From positions 2,688,001 to 2,752,000 of the forward strand of contig OY970309.1 of assembly GCA_963716395.1 (NCBI GenBank): a stretch of 64,000 nt of DNA, written 5' to 3'. Below, piece after piece: positions 36,676-46,750 of this stretch (positions are counted from its first letter, which is position 1; every line of letters starts with the position of its first letter). The notes under the pieces are model-generated. The model saw only the letters and a list, made by a program, of their open reading frames with translations, had not been told where the DNA came from and made no database searches. The stretch is from an uncultured Fibrobacteria bacterium (lineage in GTDB: Bacteria; Fibrobacterota; Fibrobacteria; UBA11236). Position numbers and translations under genes: made by a program.

Positions 36676-38538
36676 TCAACGCGGCGATGCCGCCGGAGAG
36701 TCGACCCAGTGCGCGAAGCGCGCGGCCAGATCTTCGAACGAAGCTCCCGACCCGGTGTCGGCGATGGTTTCGGCGCCGTGCGCGATGCGAATCCGGGCGT
36801 CCAAATCCACCGCGCCGGAAAAGCCCCGCGATCCGCCGGCACGCTCCACGGCCCGCTGCGCCTCGGCCTCGGCTTCGGCCAAAGGCTGTCCGACTTCGGC
36901 GGCCGTGGCTTCGGCCGAAAACGGCGCGCCGGTCAGGCCTTCGATCAAGGCAAAAAAAGTTTGGGAATTTCCCGGTTGCCAATAATGCGCGCACAAGTCC
37001 CGGCCCACCGCGGGGTTGTCGGCGATGGCGCCGTCGCGCCGGAGAAAAAAGCGCCGCGTCTGGTTCACGGCCATTTCGGCCAGCACGTAACCGTGGTAAT
37101 ACGCCGACGATTCCCAGGCCAGAAGATGGGGCACGCTCAGCACGGGCCGCACGCCGGTTTCCAAAAACTGGAGTTGCCGTTCGACATCGGCGCAGGCGCG
37201 CCGCGCGTTTTCCGGCGTCAAGGAATGGTCGGGCAATTCGTACAGGGCGCGTTCGGCGAAGGGCACGGTGAGCAGGGCGCGCAGGTGAAACGCACGCAAG
37301 GGATGTTTCAGGCGCAGGCTCTCCAGCATCAATGCGGCCGGCAGGGGCTGGCCCGCGGCGTCGAGGGCGTAACGGACCAGCCACTCGGGCGATTCGACCA
37401 AGCGATCCAGGAACATGCTCTGGGTTTCGGCGAAGGCCACCGAAGTGGGCGCATATTCCTGCCCGAAGCAGGGCGCGGGCATGGCGACATTGCTGAAATG
37501 CGCCGCGTGCCCGCCTTCGTGAAACAAGGTTTCGGTGGCGCGCTGCCCCGATCCGATTTGTCCGGGAATGGCGTTGGCGGTGAACCGGATTTGGGCGGGA
37601 TGGAAGCGCCCGTTTTCGACCCAGGCCGGAACCGGGCCGTGCATGAAGCCGTTTTCGTATTTGCCCCGGCGGTCGAGCAAATCCAGCGTCAAGCCGGCGC
37701 CGCGGTAACGGATGCCTAGGGCGGCAAAGCTGCGGCCCCAGCGCAAGAGGGAAGAGCCGAAGTCGAAATACGGATCGAGCTTGTGCGTGACATCGCCCGC
37801 GGCCAAGTACATGAAGTTGTGCCCCTGGCGCGCGGCCGCACCGTAGCGCGCTTCCAGGTCGGCCACGGCCTTTTGCGCCGGGGCGCGCGTGCTGCGTTCG
37901 AGATCTTCCAGCACGGAAAAAAGTTTGCGTTTGGAATAGCCTTCCTGGCGCGATACCTTGAAGTCGTAATAGTCCTCGTACCCCAAGAGTCGGGCCAGAC
38001 GGTTGCGGCCGCGCACGAGTTCGAGAAAGCCGTGTTCCAGCACATGCCCTTCGATGCTTTTCAACCCTTGATACGCGGCGCGGCGCAAGGCTTCGTCGGG
38101 CGCCGTGCGCACCAGCAGGCCCAGTTTCACCGAGCTGGCACGGGTAAAGGCGCCGGCGGCGGGATCGCGGTAACCCAATTCCATGGCGCTGCGCGCCGCC
38201 TGCAAACGAGTTTCCTGATCCACCATGCTTTGATGCAAGGCCCGGGCTTCGAGGTTCTCCATGGCATGGGCCGCGAAAAAACGCATCCATCCCTGCAAGG
38301 CCAGGGTCGTGTCGGCGTCAAGACCTGGGTCGGCGGCCGCGCGCCGCAACAGAGGCAATGAATCCGCGTCGGCGGCGAAGGCGTGCCAGGCTTTTTCTTG
38401 GGCGGGAAAGGCCGCAGGGTCGACGCCGGGCAGGCCCATTTTGGCGGCCCAAAAGGCGTCTTCTTTTTCCCGGTGCACGCGGAGAAAGCGCTCGTTGAGA
38501 TCGCGCAGCAAGGTCCGCGCGGGCAGAGGATGGGACAT
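36676..38538 (-). CDS. M3-family metallopeptidase
   Basis: DLLDRRGKYENGF, TLFHEGGHAAH (HExxH), AETQSMF; start 38538 or 38571. Confidence 0.85.
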   Translation of the reverse strand: MSHPLPARTLLRDLNERFLRVHREKEDAFWAAKMGLPGVDPAAFPAQEKAWHAFAADADSLPLLRRAAADPGLDADTTLALQGWMRFFAAHAMENLEARALHQSMVDQETRLQAARSAMELGYRDPAAGAFTRASSVKLGLLVRTAPDEALRRAAYQGLKSIEGHVLEHGFLELVRGRNRLARLLGYEDYYDFKVSRQEGYSKRKLFSVLEDLERSTRAPAQKAVADLEARYGAAARQGHNFMYLAAGDVTHKLDPYFDFGSSLLRWGRSFAALGIRYRGAGLTLDLLDRRGKYENGFMHGPVPAWVENGRFHPAQIRFTANAIPGQIGSGQRATETLFHEGGHAAHFSNVAMPAPCFGQEYAPTSVAFAETQSMFLDRLVESPEWLVRYALDAAGQPLPAALMLESLRLKHPLRAFHLRALLTVPFAERALYELPDHSLTPENARRACADVERQLQFLETGVRPVLSVPHLLAWESSAYYHGYVLAEMAVNQTRRFFLRRDGAIADNPAVGRDLCAHYWQPGNSQTFFALIEGLTGAPFSAEATAAEVGQPLAEAEAEAQRAVERAGGSRGFSGAVDLDARIRIAHGAETIADTGSGASFEDLAARFAHWVDSPAASPR

Positions 38539-38592
38539 GGAGGGAAAATAACCGCTTGCAGGATTTTGCACCCGGCATCGCCGGGGCGGCGG

Positions 38593-38955
38593 TCAGCGGG
38601 AAATTTCGAGTGCCGCCGAAGCGTGCGCAGCTTGCAGGGGTGCCGTCAGGGCCGTGCCAGCGAACCACGATTGCAGGGCTGCGGGCAGGTTGACCACCAC
38701 CATGCGCTTCCCCAGCGCTTCGATTTGCCTTTGCAGGTGTAACAGCATGCCGACGGCCTGGGCGTCGAGGCTGCGGCAGCCTTCCAAGCTGAGTTCCAGC
38801 TTACTGTGCAGGTCGGACAAGGCCTGGGTGAAAAGCCGGCCGAGCTTGGCCGCATTGGCGCCCGCCCAATGCCCGCTCAAATGCAGCACGGCGCCGCGCG
38901 CGTCGAGGTCGAGCACGCAATGGGTATCGCCCAGGTTTACGTCGATGGCCGCCAT
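38593..38955 (-). CDS. STAS-domain protein
   Basis: VLHLSG...LSLEGCRSLDAQAVGMLL...MVVVNL; ATG at 38955. Confidence 0.75.
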   Translation of the reverse strand: MAAIDVNLGDTHCVLDLDARGAVLHLSGHWAGANAAKLGRLFTQALSDLHSKLELSLEGCRSLDAQAVGMLLHLQRQIEALGKRMVVVNLPAALQSWFAGTALTAPLQAAHASAALEISR

Positions 38956-39126
38956 ATCCCGATCGTAAAACCCGGCGGCCCCGGCGCGCAATCCTAATGG
39001 TACTGGGTAAGAGGTACCGGGCAAGACGGGGCGCCTCGCGCGCCTCCCGCCATCCACCCGCTCCGGAGACGGCGTCGGTTCTACCTTTGTGACCCGCTTC
39101 GAACCACCGTGGGCGCGGGAGAATAC

Positions 39127-39816
39127 ATGCAGCCTGACAAAATCGAGTTCATCCGCTTCATGCTCGCCTGCGGGGCCTTGAAATTCGGGGACTTCACCAC
39201 CAAAAGCGGGCGGCAAACGCCCTATTTCATCAATACCGGCGCCTACCAGCGCGCCTCGCAGCTCGAACGGCTGGGCGAATTCTATGCCGGTGCGCTGTGC
39301 GCCGCACAGGGCCGCGAGGTCGACAACCTGTTCGGACCGGCGTATAAAGGCATTCCCCTGGCGGTGGCCACGGCCCTGGCTTTGCGTCGGAACTTCGACC
39401 TGGATGTCACCTATACCTTCAACCGCAAAGAGGCCAAGGATCACGGCGAAGGCGGCCGGCTGATCGGTTTCGAGTACGCACAGTGGCAGGGCGCGAAGCC
39501 GTGCCGGGTGATGTTGATCGAAGACGTGACCACGGCCGGCACCTCGGTGCGCGAGTCGCTGCCCGGGATCGAAGGCGGCGGCCGGGCCGAGGTGGTGGGC
39601 CTGGTGGTCTCGGTGGACCGCATGGAGCGCGGCCGCGGAACCCGTTCGGCGCTGGCCGAGATCCGCGAGGAATTCGGCATCGCCACCACGGCCATCGCCG
39701 CCTTTTCGGATTTGCTCGCCTTTCTGCAGAGCTCCGAGGGCGCGGCCTACGCCGAGGCCGATCCCCGCCTGGTCGCGCGCATGCGCGCGTATCACGAACG
39801 TTACGGGGCGGCGTGA
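39127..39816 (+). CDS. pyrE: Orotate phosphoribosyltransferase
   Basis: FGDFTTKSGR, FGPAYKGIPL, NRKEAKDHGEGG, IEDVTTAGTS. Confidence 0.96.
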   Translation: MQPDKIEFIRFMLACGALKFGDFTTKSGRQTPYFINTGAYQRASQLERLGEFYAGALCAAQGREVDNLFGPAYKGIPLAVATALALRRNFDLDVTYTFNRKEAKDHGEGGRLIGFEYAQWQGAKPCRVMLIEDVTTAGTSVRESLPGIEGGGRAEVVGLVVSVDRMERGRGTRSALAEIREEFGIATTAIAAFSDLLAFLQSSEGAAYAEADPRLVARMRAYHERYGAA

Positions 39817-39827
39817 GGGGGAGCCCT

Positions 39828-40730
39828 TCACCCTCTCCACCCCAGCAGCACCACGCCCGCCAGCGCCGCGACCCCGCCCCCCAGTGCGCGGGCCGGAAGC
39901 CGCGTGCCGTAGCGCCAGGCCCCGAGCGGCAGCACCAGGAGGGGCGTCATGAAAATTATCGTCGTCACGATTCCCGCCGGGGTATCGCGCAGCGCGATGA
40001 CGAAGCATAGCATGCCGCCCACGGGCCCGAAAGCAACGCCGGCCGCCAGCCGGGACATCGTCCCGGGCGTGCGTGCACGGCGCAGGATGGCCCCGAGCTT
40101 GCCGCTCAAAGCGGCCGCGAGCGTCACGACCACGGCTGCGGTCACGATGCGCAGAGCGGCCGCGGTCAAAGGCGGAAAATCGTTTGCGCGCAAAAAAGCC
40201 TCCCGGGCCAGCACCGCACCCACGCCCTGGCATACCGCAGCGATGACGCCGTTGCCCGCCCCGGTCCACAATCGGGCGCCTTTTTTCCGCTGTGCCGGCC
40301 AGGCGGCCAGGGCCACGCCACCGAGCACCAACGCCATGCCTCCGAGTTGCCCCGGCGACAGGCGTTCGCGCAAAAAAATCCAGGCCATGAACGCGGTGCA
40401 GGCCGGAGCCAGCGACAGGACCAGCGAGGTGCGTTCCGGTCCCGCGGTGGACAGCGCGCGATAAAAGAAATAGTCGCCGAGCGCCAGGCCCGCCACGCCC
40501 GACGCCGCCAGCAGCAACGCGGGTTCAAGCCGGGGTAGGGCCGCGGGCCGCAGCCACCATTGCAGCGCGCACAGGACGAGGTAAATCGACGAAGCCAGCA
40601 GCAGCCGCCAGACGTTGTTGGCAAAGGGACCGATGCGGCGGCTCGAGGCGGCGAAGAAGAACGGGGGAAAAGACCACAGCCCCATCGTCGCCAGGGCGAA
40701 GAAAATTCCGCGGTGAAATTCCACCATCAT
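39828..40730 (-). CDS. DMT/EamA transporter
   Basis: About 10 TM in two repeats; SGVAGLALGD, FLRERLS. Confidence 0.88.
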   Translation of the reverse strand: MMVEFHRGIFFALATMGLWSFPPFFFAASSRRIGPFANNVWRLLLASSIYLVLCALQWWLRPAALPRLEPALLLAASGVAGLALGDYFFYRALSTAGPERTSLVLSLAPACTAFMAWIFLRERLSPGQLGGMALVLGGVALAAWPAQRKKGARLWTGAGNGVIAAVCQGVGAVLAREAFLRANDFPPLTAAALRIVTAAVVVTLAAALSGKLGAILRRARTPGTMSRLAAGVAFGPVGGMLCFVIALRDTPAGIVTTIIFMTPLLVLPLGAWRYGTRLPARALGGGVAALAGVVLLGWRG

Positions 40731-40955
40731 CGATGGTTTCTATTTCCGAGACAGCGGTATGGGCGATTCTGGCCGAATCGGGCCCAACGATCGCGGACGG
40801 AGTGGCGGACCATTGGGAAAATGTGTTTAAATTGCGGTGGCGCAAAGGGGAGTTCCCGCAGCCGCCGGCTTCGATCGGCATGTGGCGGTCGGGATGAATA
40901 TGATTTCGGCGCACGCGCTTTTTCGCTTGCGCTCACACCGAGGCGCGAACGGGAA

Positions 40956-42830
40956 TCAACCCAGCACGGCGGCGAGAAGGCCGTTGACCTTGGCCACGTA
41001 ACCCGCGGGATCGGTGATGGCCGAACCTTCGGCCAGCAGGGCCTGATCCACCAGCACCCCGTACCAATCGGGCAGTTTGGCGTTCTGGGGATCGGCTTCG
41101 AACAGCGCGTGCAGCTTGTGGATGATGGGATGCTCGGGATTGATTTCGAGCACGCGTTTGCTTTCCTTCACCTTCTGGTTGGCCGCTTTGAGAATGCGTT
41201 CGAGGTTGGCGCCGAGGTCGCCCTCGTCGGCCACCAGGCAGCACGGACTTTCGCTCAACCGCGTGGTGACCCGCACTTCCTTGAGCAGGCCCGACATTTT
41301 TTCTTCGAAGTCCTGCATGAATTTCTTGTACTGGCTTTGCGCCTCCTTGCGCTGCTGCTTTTCGTCTTTGGACAAATCGCCCAAATCGAGATCGCCCTTG
41401 GCCGCGCTCACCAGTTTCTTGCCGTCGAATTCGGTGAGGCTTTGCACCACCCATTCGTCGATGGGATCGATCAAGTACAGCACTTCAAGGTCTTTTTTGC
41501 GGAACACTTCGAGGTGCGGGCTGCTTTCGGCGCCCTTGCGGTTTTCGGCCGTGATGTAATAGATGTCTTTCTGGCCGCTTTTCATGCCCAGCACATAATC
41601 CTGCAAACCCGTCACGCCGTCGTCCTGGGTCTTGCTGGAGGTGAAGCGCACGAGTTGCTTCAGGGTGTCGAGATTGTCGAAGTTCATGTGAAAACCTTCT
41701 TTCATCACGTTGCCGAATTCTTTCCAGAAGGTTGTGTACTTATCGGGTTCGGATTTGGCCATGGTTTCGAGCAGGTTCAACACTTTCTTGGTCGTGGCCT
41801 GTTCGATTTTCCGGATCACCGCGTTTTTCTGCAGCATCTCGCGCGACACGTTGAGCGGCAAATCTTCGGAGTCGACGATGCCGCGCACGAAGCGTAGGTA
41901 CGCCGGCAAAAGCTCTTTGCAGTCGTTCAGAATGAAGACGCGCCGCACATACAGCGACAGCCCGTTGCGCTGTTCGGGAAAGTACAGATCGAACGGAGCT
42001 TTGGCGGGAATGTACACCAGCGAGATGTACTCCAAGGCGCCTTCGACCTGGCTGTGGGCAAAGGCCAGCGGGTCGCCCTCTTCGTGCGTCAGGTGGCGGT
42101 AGAATTCGTCGTATTGCTCCTTGGTGATCTCGGCCTTGGGCCGGCGCCACAGCGGGGGCTTGGTGTTGAGCACCTCTTCTTTGCCGTCTTTGTCGAGCAG
42201 GGCGATGGGGTGCGCGAGGTACTCGCTGTATTTGCGCACCACGCTGCGGATTTTCCAGTCTTCCAGAAATTCGAGATGCTCTTCCTTGAGGTGGATTTCG
42301 AGATCGGTGCCGCGCCCCGGCTTGTCGGACTCTTCCAGGGTGTAGGTGCCGTCGCCGGTCGATTCCCAGCGCAGGGCGGGGGCCGCGTCGCCGAGGCGGC
42401 GCGTAGTCAAGGTGACCCGGTCGGCCACCATGAACACCGAGTAGAATCCCACGCCGAACTGTCCGATGAGACTCATGTCTTTTTTCTGATCGCCGGTGAG
42501 GTGCTCCAAAAATTTCTTGGTGCCCGAAGAGGCGATGGTGCCGATGTTCTGGATCAGCTCTTCGCGGCTCATGCCGATGCCGTTGTCGGAGAGGCGCAGG
42601 ATTTTCGCGTCTTTGTCGGCCGCGATGCGGATTTTGAAGGTCGGGTCGTCGCCCAGAATCTCGACCTGGGTCAGCGATTCGAAACGCGCCTTGTCGATGG
42701 CGTCCGAAGCGTTGGAAATCAATTCGCGCAGAAAAACCTCGGGATGCGAATACAGAGAATGAATCATGAGGTTCAGCAATTGCTTGACCTCGGCTTGGAA
42801 TTCCATCTTTTGCGGGGCTTCGGTGGTCAT
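40956..42830 (-). CDS. htpG: Chaperone HtpG (Hsp90)
   Basis: FQAEVKQLL, FLRELISNASDA, DNGIGM, IGQFGVGFYS, DLPLNVSRE, LEINP. Confidence 0.98.
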   Translation of the reverse strand: MTTEAPQKMEFQAEVKQLLNLMIHSLYSHPEVFLRELISNASDAIDKARFESLTQVEILGDDPTFKIRIAADKDAKILRLSDNGIGMSREELIQNIGTIASSGTKKFLEHLTGDQKKDMSLIGQFGVGFYSVFMVADRVTLTTRRLGDAAPALRWESTGDGTYTLEESDKPGRGTDLEIHLKEEHLEFLEDWKIRSVVRKYSEYLAHPIALLDKDGKEEVLNTKPPLWRRPKAEITKEQYDEFYRHLTHEEGDPLAFAHSQVEGALEYISLVYIPAKAPFDLYFPEQRNGLSLYVRRVFILNDCKELLPAYLRFVRGIVDSEDLPLNVSREMLQKNAVIRKIEQATTKKVLNLLETMAKSEPDKYTTFWKEFGNVMKEGFHMNFDNLDTLKQLVRFTSSKTQDDGVTGLQDYVLGMKSGQKDIYYITAENRKGAESSPHLEVFRKKDLEVLYLIDPIDEWVVQSLTEFDGKKLVSAAKGDLDLGDLSKDEKQQRKEAQSQYKKFMQDFEEKMSGLLKEVRVTTRLSESPCCLVADEGDLGANLERILKAANQKVKESKRVLEINPEHPIIHKLHALFEADPQNAKLPDWYGVLVDQALLAEGSAITDPAGYVAKVNGLLAAVLG

Positions 42831-42900
42831 GGTTCTCTCCTGGCTTCAATGCTTCGGGGCTGAAAAATTAGGTACCCCGGACCCCGGACCCAAGGCTGTT

Positions 42901-42932
42901 TCAAGCTGCGACAAGATCAAGCTGCGACAAGA
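42901..42932. repeat. Perfect 16-bp tandem duplication TCAAGCTGCGACAAGA x2
   Basis: Read directly; about 70 bp upstream of the htpG start. Confidence 0.85.
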
Positions 42933-42972
42933 TAAAGGGTAGGCGCCAGCCCTTCGATACCCCTCCCTAAGC

Positions 42973-43647
42973 TCAGGAAGCAAGCTTTGGGAGGGTGGGT
43001 AAGCCCTTCGAACCCGCCGCCGGAGCCGTTCCCAGCAATTCGGCGGCCGCCGCGACCGCCGCGCGCAACGCCTGGATTTTATCGCGCGCCGGTTGCGGCA
43101 GGTTTTTTTCGCGCAATATTTCTTCGGCCAGCAAATCCAAGCCGTTGAAACGCTGTCGCAATCGCGGCCACGGCGTTTCGGCTTCGGGGTGCGCGGCGGT
43201 TTGGGTTACGCGCAATTCGAGGTCGAAGCCGGCCGGATCCGAACCCGCGGGCCGGGAAAAAGCCAGCGGCTGCATGGCATACGCCGACAGCAATCCCGCG
43301 TGGTAGAGTTCCCAGGCCGCTTCGCGGAACGGATTCAGCGTCTTGCGCTGCAACAGCACTTCGCCACCCACAAACGGCAGCTTGAAAGCCCCGGGAAAAG
43401 CGACTTCGAGTTCGAAGGAGTACGCCAGGCTGCGGATGAATTCCTGCAAATCGGCCGAGAGAAAACCCTGGGCCTTCAGGTATAGGCCCTGCAAATATCC
43501 GCCGCCCCGGAGGATGGACGGAAATGGATCGGGCAAAGCGGCGCCGCTTTCGTCCAGGGCCAAATCCAGGGCAGAGTTCATTTCCTCGAGATGGGCCAGA
43601 AGCTGGCCGACCTGACGCTGGGCGTCGGCGAACAAATCCGAATCCAT
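42973..43647 (-). CDS. Hypothetical protein
   Basis: 224-aa ORF with typical codon usage; no motif recognised. Confidence 0.65.
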   Translation of the reverse strand: MDSDLFADAQRQVGQLLAHLEEMNSALDLALDESGAALPDPFPSILRGGGYLQGLYLKAQGFLSADLQEFIRSLAYSFELEVAFPGAFKLPFVGGEVLLQRKTLNPFREAAWELYHAGLLSAYAMQPLAFSRPAGSDPAGFDLELRVTQTAAHPEAETPWPRLRQRFNGLDLLAEEILREKNLPQPARDKIQALRAAVAAAAELLGTAPAAGSKGLPTLPKLAS

Positions 43648-43721
43648 GGCGGCAAAGGTAGAACCCGCTTCCGCTCGTAGGCGCCGCTTACACCGGTCGG
43701 TACCGAATTATCTTGACCCGC

Positions 43722-44339
43722 ATGGAAGAAGCACGCTTGCGGCTCACCGAGATTTTTTACTCGCTGCAAGGCGAAGGCTTTCACGCCGGCACCCCGGCGG
43801 TGTTCGTGCGCGGCGCCGGCTGCAATCTGGCCTGCGTTTTCTGCGATACCGATTTCTCCTTGCAAGAACGCCTGGCCGCCGAAGCCGTAGCGGAGCGGGT
43901 GGCGGAGTATCCGGCGCGTTTCGTGGTGTTGACCGGCGGCGAACCCACGGCTCAGGCCCCCGCCTTCCGGCGGCTGGTGGAATTGCTGCATGCCCGCGGT
44001 TGCTTCGTCGCTTTGGAAACCAACGGCACTTCCCAAGACACCTTGGGCGCCGACTGGGTTACGGTCAGCCCCAAGCTGAGCCAGGGCGGCGAATGGAAGC
44101 TGCGCCGGGGCGACGAACTCAAGCTGCTGTACGAAGGCCAGGATTTGGCCGACTTCGAGCAAGCCGAATTCGACCATTATTTTCTCCAACCCAAGGAAAT
44201 CCGCACCGGGGCTTTCGGCGCCGGCGCGCGCGACGTCGCAGCCACCCGGCGCGAGTGGGAGCGCACCGTGGCCGCCGCGCTGGCGCGTCCGCGCTGGCGC
44301 CTGTCATTTCAACTGCACAAGGAGTTGGGATTGCGGTGA
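43722..44339 (+). CDS. queE: 7-carboxy-7-deazaguanine synthase
   Basis: EIFYSLQGEG, GCNLACVFCDT, LTGGEP, ETNG, QLHK. Confidence 0.95.
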   Translation: MEEARLRLTEIFYSLQGEGFHAGTPAVFVRGAGCNLACVFCDTDFSLQERLAAEAVAERVAEYPARFVVLTGGEPTAQAPAFRRLVELLHARGCFVALETNGTSQDTLGADWVTVSPKLSQGGEWKLRRGDELKLLYEGQDLADFEQAEFDHYFLQPKEIRTGAFGAGARDVAATRREWERTVAAALARPRWRLSFQLHKELGLR

Positions 44340-44490
44340 AAATTTCCAAGTGCCGTCCGCGAATTTCCAATTTCAAAATGAAGGCCGTTCCCCGTGAAGA
44401 TGGCGATGGATGGCGCGCCGGAACCATGTCGGGCAGCGCGGCCGATTTTCATTTGCAATGTCACAACGGCAATTTGCACTTTGCAAGACG

Positions 44491-45237
44491 ATGCCAGCGA
44501 AATTGAACCGCGCCTGTCTGGTGGTGTTTTCCGGCGGGCAGGATTCCACCACCTGCCTGTATTGGGCGCGGCGCGCCTTCGCAGCCGTGGAAGCGGTCTT
44601 CTTCGATTACGGCCAGCGCCATCGCTCCGAACTTCTGGCCGCGCAAATCATTGCTTGGAAGGCGCAGGTGCCGCTGCGCCTCTTCCGCCTCGATTTTTTT
44701 CGCGAGCTCAAGGGCAACGCCTTGACCGATGCGTCCTTGGCTTTGGATTCGACCCCGGAGACCGGCGACTTGCCCAACACCTTCGTGCCGGGCCGCAACC
44801 TGCTCTTCCTGACCCAGGCCGCGGCCTATGCGTATACGCAAGGCATTCACGATCTTGTCACCGGCATCTGCCAAACCGATTACAGCGGCTATCCCGATTG
44901 CCGCGAAGAAACCCGGCGCGCCTTGCAGCGGGCCCTGCACCTGGGGCTTGACTGGCAGGCGCGCCGCAAAACCTTGCGCCTGCACGCGCCGCTCATGTTC
45001 AAGACCAAGGCCGAGAGCATTGTGCGGGCGCGGGAATGGGGCGCTTTGGAAATGCTGGCTTTCACCCACACCTGTTATGCGGGCACGTATCCGCCCTGCG
45101 GCCGCTGTGCCGCCTGTCGGTTGCGCGCCAAAGGGTTCGCCGAAGCCGGAGTGGACGATCCGCTCTTGGCCAGAGTAGAATCGGAAAACGGGCGGGCACC
45201 GCAAGCGCCGACCGAATCAAAACAAGAATGGAGTTGA
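44491..45237 (+). CDS. queC: 7-cyano-7-deazaguanine synthase
   Basis: FSGGQDST, YGQRH, FVPGRN, YPDCR, CY...CGRCAAC. Confidence 0.95.
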   Translation: MPAKLNRACLVVFSGGQDSTTCLYWARRAFAAVEAVFFDYGQRHRSELLAAQIIAWKAQVPLRLFRLDFFRELKGNALTDASLALDSTPETGDLPNTFVPGRNLLFLTQAAAYAYTQGIHDLVTGICQTDYSGYPDCREETRRALQRALHLGLDWQARRKTLRLHAPLMFKTKAESIVRAREWGALEMLAFTHTCYAGTYPPCGRCAACRLRAKGFAEAGVDDPLLARVESENGRAPQAPTESKQEWS

Positions 45238-45241
45238 TGAT

Positions 45242-46741
45242 ATGGATAAGTACGATGTTGGCGTCATTGGCTGCGGACCCGGAGGGTTTGCGGCCGCCAT
45301 GCGCGCCCTGGATTTCGGCAAGCACGTTTGCCTGATCGAAGGCGGCAATATCGGGGGCGCGGGCATCATGCACGGGGCCATGACCTCGAAGACGCTGTGG
45401 GAGCTGGCCAAAGATTACGCCATCGCCGCCGCCGTGGATCGCGGTTACCGGGTGGCCGGGCTCATGGTCGATTACCAGGCCGTGCGCGACACCGTGATCC
45501 AGGCCGCCAAGGAAAAGCAATATCAGATCCTGTCGCAGCTCGAAACCTTTTCCCCGGCGCGCTGGAAAGGTCCGGGCTCCATCACGCTTAAGCGCGGCTT
45601 CGCCCGCTTCAACGACATGAATTCGGTCAACGTGTCGCTGCACGGGGGCAGCGAAGAGGCGGTGACCGCCGAACACTTCGTGATCGCCACCGGTTCCAAG
45701 CCGCGGGATTTTCCCGGCATCGTGGTGGACCACGAGCGCATCATCAACTCCGACGGCATTCTCGGATTTCACGCCTTTCCCAAGCGTCTGCTCATCATCG
45801 GCGCGGGCATCATCGGCTGCGAATACGCCAGCATTTTTTCCAACTTCGGCCAGACCAAGGTGCATTTGCTCGATCGCCAGCCCCGCGTCGTGCCCTTCGA
45901 AGACGAGGACATCAGCGCCTTCGTGAGCATGAACCTGGAACAAAAAGGCGTGACCATCCACCACAACGCCATCTTGCGCGCCATCCATAAGCGACCCGAA
46001 TTTCTCGAAGTCGTGGTCGATTACGAAGAGGGCCGCAGCCAGGTGCTCGAAGTCGACGCGGCCCTGGTGTCGGTGGGCCGCACCCCCAGCCTCAGCCTGC
46101 TGGCCCTGGATCGCATCGGCATCACACCCAATGCGCGCGGGGCACTCGACACCGACCCCAATTGCCGCGTGCGCGAAAACATCTACGCCGCAGGCGACGT
46201 AACCCAGCATTCGGCGCTGTACAACGTGGCCGAAATGGAGGGCCGCTACGCCGTCAAGGCTATGTACAGCAAGAACAAGTATCCGCTGCGATACCACAAC
46301 ATGTCGACCATCATGTTCTTCACCCCCGAGGTGGCGGTGGTGGGGTTGAACGAGCAGCAATGCCAGGCCCAGAAAATATCCTACCGCGTGGGAACGTATT
46401 CCAACGCCCTGGTGAACCGCGCGATCGCCATGCGCCGCACCGACGGCTTCGTGAAAATTCTCATCTCCGATGACGGGCAGAACCGCATTCTGGGCATGCG
46501 CGCCGCCGGCCCCCAGGCGTCGAGCACCATCATGGTCATCGCCCAGCTCATGGATCAGGACAAAGGCGTGGAAGAGATCATGAAATCCATCCACCCGCAT
46601 CCGTCCATCACCGAAGGCATTCAGGAATGCCTGCGGCTGCTGACGAGCAAATCGGTGTACAAGCCGCTGGCCTTTCCCGATTACATGCGCGTCCGCGCCT
46701 GGAACCCGGACAAAGGGTATTCCACGGTCAAGATGACCTGA
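45242..46741 (+). CDS. Pyridine nucleotide-disulfide oxidoreductase class I (Lpd/SthA-like) without redox cysteines
   Basis: GCGPGG, IATGS, GAGIIGCE, IYAAGD, HPHPSITE. Confidence 0.85.
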   Translation: MDKYDVGVIGCGPGGFAAAMRALDFGKHVCLIEGGNIGGAGIMHGAMTSKTLWELAKDYAIAAAVDRGYRVAGLMVDYQAVRDTVIQAAKEKQYQILSQLETFSPARWKGPGSITLKRGFARFNDMNSVNVSLHGGSEEAVTAEHFVIATGSKPRDFPGIVVDHERIINSDGILGFHAFPKRLLIIGAGIIGCEYASIFSNFGQTKVHLLDRQPRVVPFEDEDISAFVSMNLEQKGVTIHHNAILRAIHKRPEFLEVVVDYEEGRSQVLEVDAALVSVGRTPSLSLLALDRIGITPNARGALDTDPNCRVRENIYAAGDVTQHSALYNVAEMEGRYAVKAMYSKNKYPLRYHNMSTIMFFTPEVAVVGLNEQQCQAQKISYRVGTYSNALVNRAIAMRRTDGFVKILISDDGQNRILGMRAAGPQASSTIMVIAQLMDQDKGVEEIMKSIHPHPSITEGIQECLRLLTSKSVYKPLAFPDYMRVRAWNPDKGYSTVKMT

Positions 46742-46750
46742 GCCCGAAAA

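Noticed and set aside
38956-40269. Apparent 558-aa protein ending in a STAS domain
   Set aside because: The upstream part overlaps pyrE and the DMT gene; only 38593-38955 looks coding.
43722-45237. queE/queC as part of a dpd DNA-modification defence island
   Set aside because: No dpdA/tgt-like or other dpd genes nearby; the context is housekeeping.
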